From assembly GCA_031385045.1 (NCBI GenBank), contig JANNBC010000024.1, positions 270,150 through 334,149 on the forward strand: a stretch of DNA of 64,000 bases. Reading direction: 5' to 3'. The position numbers and the translations under genes are program-made. Position 1 is the stretch's first letter, and every line of letters starts with the position of its first letter. Of the stretch, positions 59,306 through 64,000 are shown piece after piece. The stretch comes from a bacterium. Lineage in GTDB: Bacteria; Bdellovibrionota_C; UBA2361; CALJRW01. The notes below the pieces were generated by a model. That model was not told the DNA's origin, made no database searches, and worked only from the letters and a program-made list of their open reading frames with translations.

Positions 59306-60742
59306 ATGAATATGGTTGCATTTGCCGATCCCAAACAGAAACCCAATGGAAATCAAGCAGTAGATCAAAAATCGCAAGATAGTTCAGTGACACAACAAGA
59401 TGCTACAATCTCAACTAGTAGCAATCGCTCGCAACTAATAGCACCAGAATCAGGCCTTTTTCGTAATCGACTGAATCAAGCACAGACTGAATCTAGAAAT
59501 ATTGAGGATACCTCAGCAACAGTTGGAAAGATCATTGGTGGGGATGGGCTAATTGGCCGAGGAATTGCCGATGCTGGCAAAACAGTGGCCGATCTAAATA
59601 TTGGCGCAGCTGACTTAACTCTAAAAACTGATCAGTTTGTCCGAGGTAAAATTAATGCCGGAGCTGACGCCATCCAAGAAACTGGCGAAAAGATTGTAAC
59701 GGGAGTTACTGAAGCGAAAGATAAAGTTGTAGATACTGTCGTCGCTACTAAAGATGCCATTGTTGATGGAGCAATTCAAGCGAAAGATGATCTTGTGAAC
59801 TTAGCAGTAGATACTAAAAATCAAGTTGTGAATACGGTAGTTGAGGCTAAAAATAATACCGTAGATTTAGTAGTGGATACAAAAAATCTAATCGTTGATG
59901 GCGCAGTTCAGGTTAAGAATGACGCCGTTGAAATGGTAGTTAGTACGAAAGATGCCGTTGTCGACACTGCTGTCGAACTTAAAGATAATGTTGTAGCAAC
60001 AGCCAAAGAAGTTAAGGAAAATGTTCTTGTAGCAGTTGATGCAACAATTAACTCTGTTCAAGCAGCTACTAATTATGTTTCAGAAGCGCCATCAAAAATC
60101 GCTGGTTGGTTTGCCAGTAAAATTAAAAATTTGGGATCAAGTCTAGGAGATCAGATGACTGAAGTTGCCAAAGATCTTGGTGGCGACGGATTAATTGGCA
60201 AAGCTGGAGCCTCTTTAGCCCAGTCTGTGGAAAGTGGTTTTAATGGCACCGCTAATGTTGTAGATAAAACGGATGATGCCATGGCTTATATGCTTACAGG
60301 TGGTATTCAACGCGACATAAGCAAACAAATAGTCAGTTCACTTGCTACAACTCATTCCAAATCAGCTGAAGTACTTGCTAACTTAACAGCTAATATTGCC
60401 AATATTAGCGATACAATTACAGATAAAACTTTATTAGAACTTGCTAGCACTGTTAGAACAACCACCAAAGACCTGGCTAGAACCGCTAGTGAAACAGGGC
60501 GCTACTTGGCCGGAGATGGATTAGTCAGTAAACCTTTTGAACTTGCTTCTTCGCTTTATTTAGGACTAGGTGAACAGGTAGCTGGATCGCTAGATTCATT
60601 TGGAAAAGTTATTGATGGTGAGGTTCAAGATGCCGCTAAGATGGCTCAAAAATGGAAAGTTTGGTCAGAAATGACTCAGAAAAAAACTGCTGAATTTAAC
60701 TATGAATATCAAAAGCTAACTAATAAACCTGAGGCTACTTAA
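59306..60742 (+). CDS. Hypothetical protein with ten 11-residue amphipathic repeats
   Basis: Residues 130-239 carry repeats such as VVDTVVATKDA / IVDGAIQAKDD; GDGL motif occurs three times. Confidence 0.8.
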   Translation: MNMVAFADPKQKPNGNQAVDQKSQDSSVTQQDATISTSSNRSQLIAPESGLFRNRLNQAQTESRNIEDTSATVGKIIGGDGLIGRGIADAGKTVADLNIGAADLTLKTDQFVRGKINAGADAIQETGEKIVTGVTEAKDKVVDTVVATKDAIVDGAIQAKDDLVNLAVDTKNQVVNTVVEAKNNTVDLVVDTKNLIVDGAVQVKNDAVEMVVSTKDAVVDTAVELKDNVVATAKEVKENVLVAVDATINSVQAATNYVSEAPSKIAGWFASKIKNLGSSLGDQMTEVAKDLGGDGLIGKAGASLAQSVESGFNGTANVVDKTDDAMAYMLTGGIQRDISKQIVSSLATTHSKSAEVLANLTANIANISDTITDKTLLELASTVRTTTKDLARTASETGRYLAGDGLVSKPFELASSLYLGLGEQVAGSLDSFGKVIDGEVQDAAKMAQKWKVWSEMTQKKTAEFNYEYQKLTNKPEAT

Positions 60743-60811
60743 AACTAGGGAGTAGAAGGTTAAAAAATTTACCTGTTGAGCATACTTCAAATATGACACT
60801 ATTCTGGTCAT

Positions 60812-62281
60812 ATGTTGATCATTACAAATAAACCCTACTTATCTTTAATTCTAATCCATTTTTTCTTTCTATCCTTTTCAACTGATGCAGATGTTAGGTC
60901 TCAAATTAGTCAACTTACAGCAAAACACCCTGGGCAAACTGGTGCCTATATTTTAGATAAAGGTCAAGATGCTCTGGTCGCTAGAGCTTGGCTAACCGAA
61001 CAGGCAAGTAAGTCTATTGATGTGCAATATTTTATTTGGAGCATCGACCCTGTTGGCATTCTAGCAACTGAGGCCTTATTAACAGCTGCCGAGCGCGGAG
61101 TACAAGTTCGTGTAATTGTCGATGATTTTCTGTTGAACGTTGATCAAAAAAATATTCTAGCCTTAGATGCCCATCCTAATATTGAAATTAAGATTTATAA
61201 TCCTGTAGTTCGAAACGGCGTTAGCACATTTAAGAAATATTTTAATCTCCTGACAAATTTCAAAAAATTTAATCAACGGATGCATGATAAAACTTTTATT
61301 GTCGATCAAAGTGCTGGCATTACCGGTGGTAGAAATATGGCGGATGAATATTTTGATTATGATCAGAAATATACATTTCGCGATCGAGACGTTCTCTTAG
61401 TAGGAAAAATTGTAAAAAAAATGACTCAAAGTTTTGAACTTTACTGGAACTCCGAACAGGCAATCAGCGTCAGCCAAATATATCCTTTATCATTATCAAA
61501 AGCAGAAGTTCTGTTAACTTACCGCAATCTTCAAGAGTTCGCCCATAATCCTGATAATTACCCCCTTACTATTAAAGAAATTATTAAAAACCAAGAGCAA
61601 AGCTTCTGGCGCTTAATTCCCGAATTACAATTTGTTAATGCTAAGTGGTTATTTGATTTACCTGGGAAAAGTAAGCTAAAAACTTTTTCTGGCCTGGGAC
61701 ATTCCACAAGTCAGCTAATGGAAATTCTGGCCTCAGCCAAAGAAACAATCTTAATCCAATCCCCATATTTAGTTTTTGATAATGCAACTCTTTTATTCTT
61801 TAAAAAAATAATCGACAGAGGTGTCAGCATTAAGCTAGTAACAAACTCTTTAGAATCGACTGATAACCTAGCCGCTTTTTCTGGATATCATAAAAAAAGA
61901 AAACAGTTATTAAAATTAGGCATTAAGATTTTTGAATTCAAAGCTAGCCCAAAAATTGAAGAAAAATTAATGCAAAGGTTTGCCACATTAAAAGAGAAAC
62001 CAATTTTTGCGATCCATGCTAAAAGCCTAGTAGTTGATCAACAGACTTCCTATATCGGTACTTTTAATTTAGATCCGAGGTCCATTAATTTAAATACAGA
62101 GGTTGGAGTTTTAATTAATAATCAAGAATTCGCCAAAAGTCTGGCATCAGCAATCGAAGAAGATATGCAGCCTGAAAATAGCTATGATTTAAGTACTGAG
62201 TACCCCGATGGTCAAGTAACTTGGACTAAAAGGCTAAAACTTTGGTTTTACGAGCTATTACCAATTCAAAAGTTGTTATAA
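60812..62281 (+). CDS. Phospholipase D family protein (ClsC/YmdC-like)
   Basis: Two HKD motifs (RMHDKTFIVD, IHAKSLVVD), GGRN and FNLDPRS..LNTE; N-terminal signal. Confidence 0.92.
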   Translation: MLIITNKPYLSLILIHFFFLSFSTDADVRSQISQLTAKHPGQTGAYILDKGQDALVARAWLTEQASKSIDVQYFIWSIDPVGILATEALLTAAERGVQVRVIVDDFLLNVDQKNILALDAHPNIEIKIYNPVVRNGVSTFKKYFNLLTNFKKFNQRMHDKTFIVDQSAGITGGRNMADEYFDYDQKYTFRDRDVLLVGKIVKKMTQSFELYWNSEQAISVSQIYPLSLSKAEVLLTYRNLQEFAHNPDNYPLTIKEIIKNQEQSFWRLIPELQFVNAKWLFDLPGKSKLKTFSGLGHSTSQLMEILASAKETILIQSPYLVFDNATLLFFKKIIDRGVSIKLVTNSLESTDNLAAFSGYHKKRKQLLKLGIKIFEFKASPKIEEKLMQRFATLKEKPIFAIHAKSLVVDQQTSYIGTFNLDPRSINLNTEVGVLINNQEFAKSLASAIEEDMQPENSYDLSTEYPDGQVTWTKRLKLWFYELLPIQKLL

Positions 62282-62329
62282 ATATTCTTTAAACTGGTAC
62301 TTTCCCTAAAAAATAACATCAAAATAGAA

Positions 62330-63847
62330 ATGCTTAGTATCAAAAAAATCTCCAACGTGCTCCTGATTATTGGCATCATGCTTTTAGGTGCTAATTGCGT
62401 AATCGCCGAAACTGATAATTTACGGGTACGTTCCAACAATGTACTCCCACCAAATTTTATTAGTAAAATCTCTGCTCATCAAGAAATACCGATTAAATAT
62501 AAAACTCAGCTTTATATTCCTGGCCTTGGAAATATTAAAATTAGATTGACCCATGAGCGTTTCTTATTGGCAGCCCCAACAATTAACTCCAAGCTAGATC
62601 TAGGTCAAATACCAACTGCTTCACTTTATCAAGGTCAGGCAAGTAGCAAAAATGGGAACTTCCCAATAGCCGCACAAGCTGAAAAAAAAGCCAATCAACA
62701 CTATTTAAATTTAAGCTTTCTAACTCCCAAGCAAAATTCTAAATTTTACAATATTAAAATTAACTTCGATCGCCGAATCGCCAGAATTCACCAAAAAATC
62801 TCCGAACAGCCAATCAACTGCGCTCAGCATCATAAAAATAATTTGATTACAAGCGGAGAAAAGATTTTAAATCAAACGATAATAAAAAAATATCAACTGA
62901 TTGACTTAAGTCTAGATGCGGATCAAGCCTGGTATCAAAAATTTGGATCAAATTCCAATAATAAAATGCTCGCCTTAATCAATGCAACTGATGTAATTTA
63001 TGCTAATGAGCTTGGTCTAAAGTTTAATATTAAGAGATCCAATGTAAGTACTAACCAGAGTTTTGGCTCATTAAACGCCAGCTCTAAATTAAATAGCTTT
63101 TTAAATTTCACTGCTAACCAAAGCTATTTTGGAAAGTCTGATATTTACTATTTATTTACTGGTGAATCGCTACAACTTGGAGTTGCCGGAATTGGAACAG
63201 TTGGGACGGTCTGCACATCCTTCGCTGTTCCGGCTGCCCTTTCTTCCTATCTTAACGATCAAATTACTCCTTTGGTAATCGCGCATGAGATTGGTCATGT
63301 AATGGGTGCCGATCATGATCAAACTGGCAATTGTGGGAGCAGCAATTCTATTATGCAAGCAGTAATTGCCCCGCCATACCCCAATACCTTTTCTAGCTGT
63401 AGCAAAACAGCCTTTGCCGAGCAATTACTTAAATATGGGAATTGTTTTGATGAAGAAGAAAGCTCTGCACCAGAGGATTCAAAAATAATTTCACTTACTG
63501 GTTCTGTTTCTAAGCTTGGCGTGATCCGATTTAATCTTGACCTTAAAGAAGATTTACTAAATTGTGCAATCACTCTGCGAGCAGCGAAAACTAGGACTAA
63601 ACTAAATTCGGCTCTTAGTATTGGAACATTTCCACTGGGCATCGGAACTTTATTAATCAAACGAAACCTGTCAGCCTCAAGTATCAATCCGAAAGCAATT
63701 GTCTATCTGCGAGCTAATTTAGAATGTTCTGGGACTTCAGCATCTAGTAACATTATTAAACTTTCCCCATATAAAATTATTTCATCAAAAAAAGTTTCTA
63801 CCAGTTCTTGGATTAAACTTTTAAAAAATAAATTAAAAAGCTTTTAA
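62330..63847 (+). CDS. Secreted reprolysin-like (M12B) zinc metalloprotease
   Basis: Signal peptide, AHEIGHVMGADHD, Met-turn SIM, FSSCS; prodomain Cys in INCAQH. Confidence 0.88.
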   Translation: MLSIKKISNVLLIIGIMLLGANCVIAETDNLRVRSNNVLPPNFISKISAHQEIPIKYKTQLYIPGLGNIKIRLTHERFLLAAPTINSKLDLGQIPTASLYQGQASSKNGNFPIAAQAEKKANQHYLNLSFLTPKQNSKFYNIKINFDRRIARIHQKISEQPINCAQHHKNNLITSGEKILNQTIIKKYQLIDLSLDADQAWYQKFGSNSNNKMLALINATDVIYANELGLKFNIKRSNVSTNQSFGSLNASSKLNSFLNFTANQSYFGKSDIYYLFTGESLQLGVAGIGTVGTVCTSFAVPAALSSYLNDQITPLVIAHEIGHVMGADHDQTGNCGSSNSIMQAVIAPPYPNTFSSCSKTAFAEQLLKYGNCFDEEESSAPEDSKIISLTGSVSKLGVIRFNLDLKEDLLNCAITLRAAKTRTKLNSALSIGTFPLGIGTLLIKRNLSASSINPKAIVYLRANLECSGTSASSNIIKLSPYKIISSKKVSTSSWIKLLKNKLKSF

Positions 63848-63859
63848 TCTTAAACTCTA

Positions 63860-63878
63860 ATATACTAAAACCCATTAG
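63860..63878. repeat. Terminal repeat of the palindromic family, forming the IS flank
   Basis: ATATACTAAAACCCATT is identical to 7430-7446, followed by AG (CT on the minus strand). Confidence 0.7.
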
Positions 63879-64000
63879 AGACTCTGTTAATAGTCAATAA
63901 AAAACAATTAAATGTTTTAAATATGTTGAGTTAAATATCGGTCACTAGACCATTGTTTTCCGTCCCGCACCATCGCATTTAAAGTAATTAGTAGCTTTCT
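63877..64000 (-). mobile_element. Right end of an IS110-family insertion sequence (truncated by window edge)
   Basis: Recombinase C-terminus, then an outward-facing TTGACT (63897-63892) 13 nt before a CT at 63878-63877. Confidence 0.7.
63917..64000 (-). CDS. IS110-family transposase/recombinase, C-terminal 27 aa only
   Basis: Reads RKLLITLNAMVRDGKQWSSDRYLTQHI*; RKLL..LNAM.RDG..W is a typical IS110 C-terminus. Confidence 0.75.
   Translation of the reverse strand, partial: RKLLITLNAMVRDGKQWSSDRYLTQHI

Noticed and set aside
59693..60022. 33-bp periodicity as a DNA repeat array
   Set aside because: Conserved at the protein level with divergent codons; it is a coding repeat.
1424..63687. Many 60-125 aa ORFs antisense to or nested in confident genes (e.g. 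1424, 20994, 25282, 37101, 42346, 63319)
   Set aside because: Shadow ORFs of well-supported genes with no independent motifs.

Overview
AT-rich chromosomal window from a diderm bacterium (it has Lnt, OmpA-domain lipoproteins and MurJ), read with the standard genetic code. A Bdellovibrionota/deltaproteobacterial-type background is my impression only. Most of the window is housekeeping: split his genes, murJ, proC, argS, thrA-thrC, pdxST, mvaS, eno, lnt, ahcY, purC, def-fmt-rpe-plsY, a stand-alone rpsD, ilvE, clpX, hda and murA. Highlights: (1) the last 124 bp look like the right end of an IS110-family element missed by the ORF track, inserted exactly at a CT dinucleotide next to the terminal repeat of a local family of TA-flanked palindromic intergenic elements; (2) that modular repeat family occurs in at least 8 intergenic regions, including a 168-bp inverted duplicate; (3) a 10-gene ECF-led lipid-modification operon resembling the furan-fatty-acid pathway, with a DUF1365/methyltransferase fusion; (4) a his operon apparently split by a ~29.7-kb inversion; (5) an unannotated 37-aa ribosomal protein THX; (6) MurA with Asp at the catalytic Cys position; (7) an ORFan with ten 11-mer amphipathic repeats. 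No rRNA, tRNA or CRISPR array was recognised. All calls come from motif reading by eye; no database searches were run.
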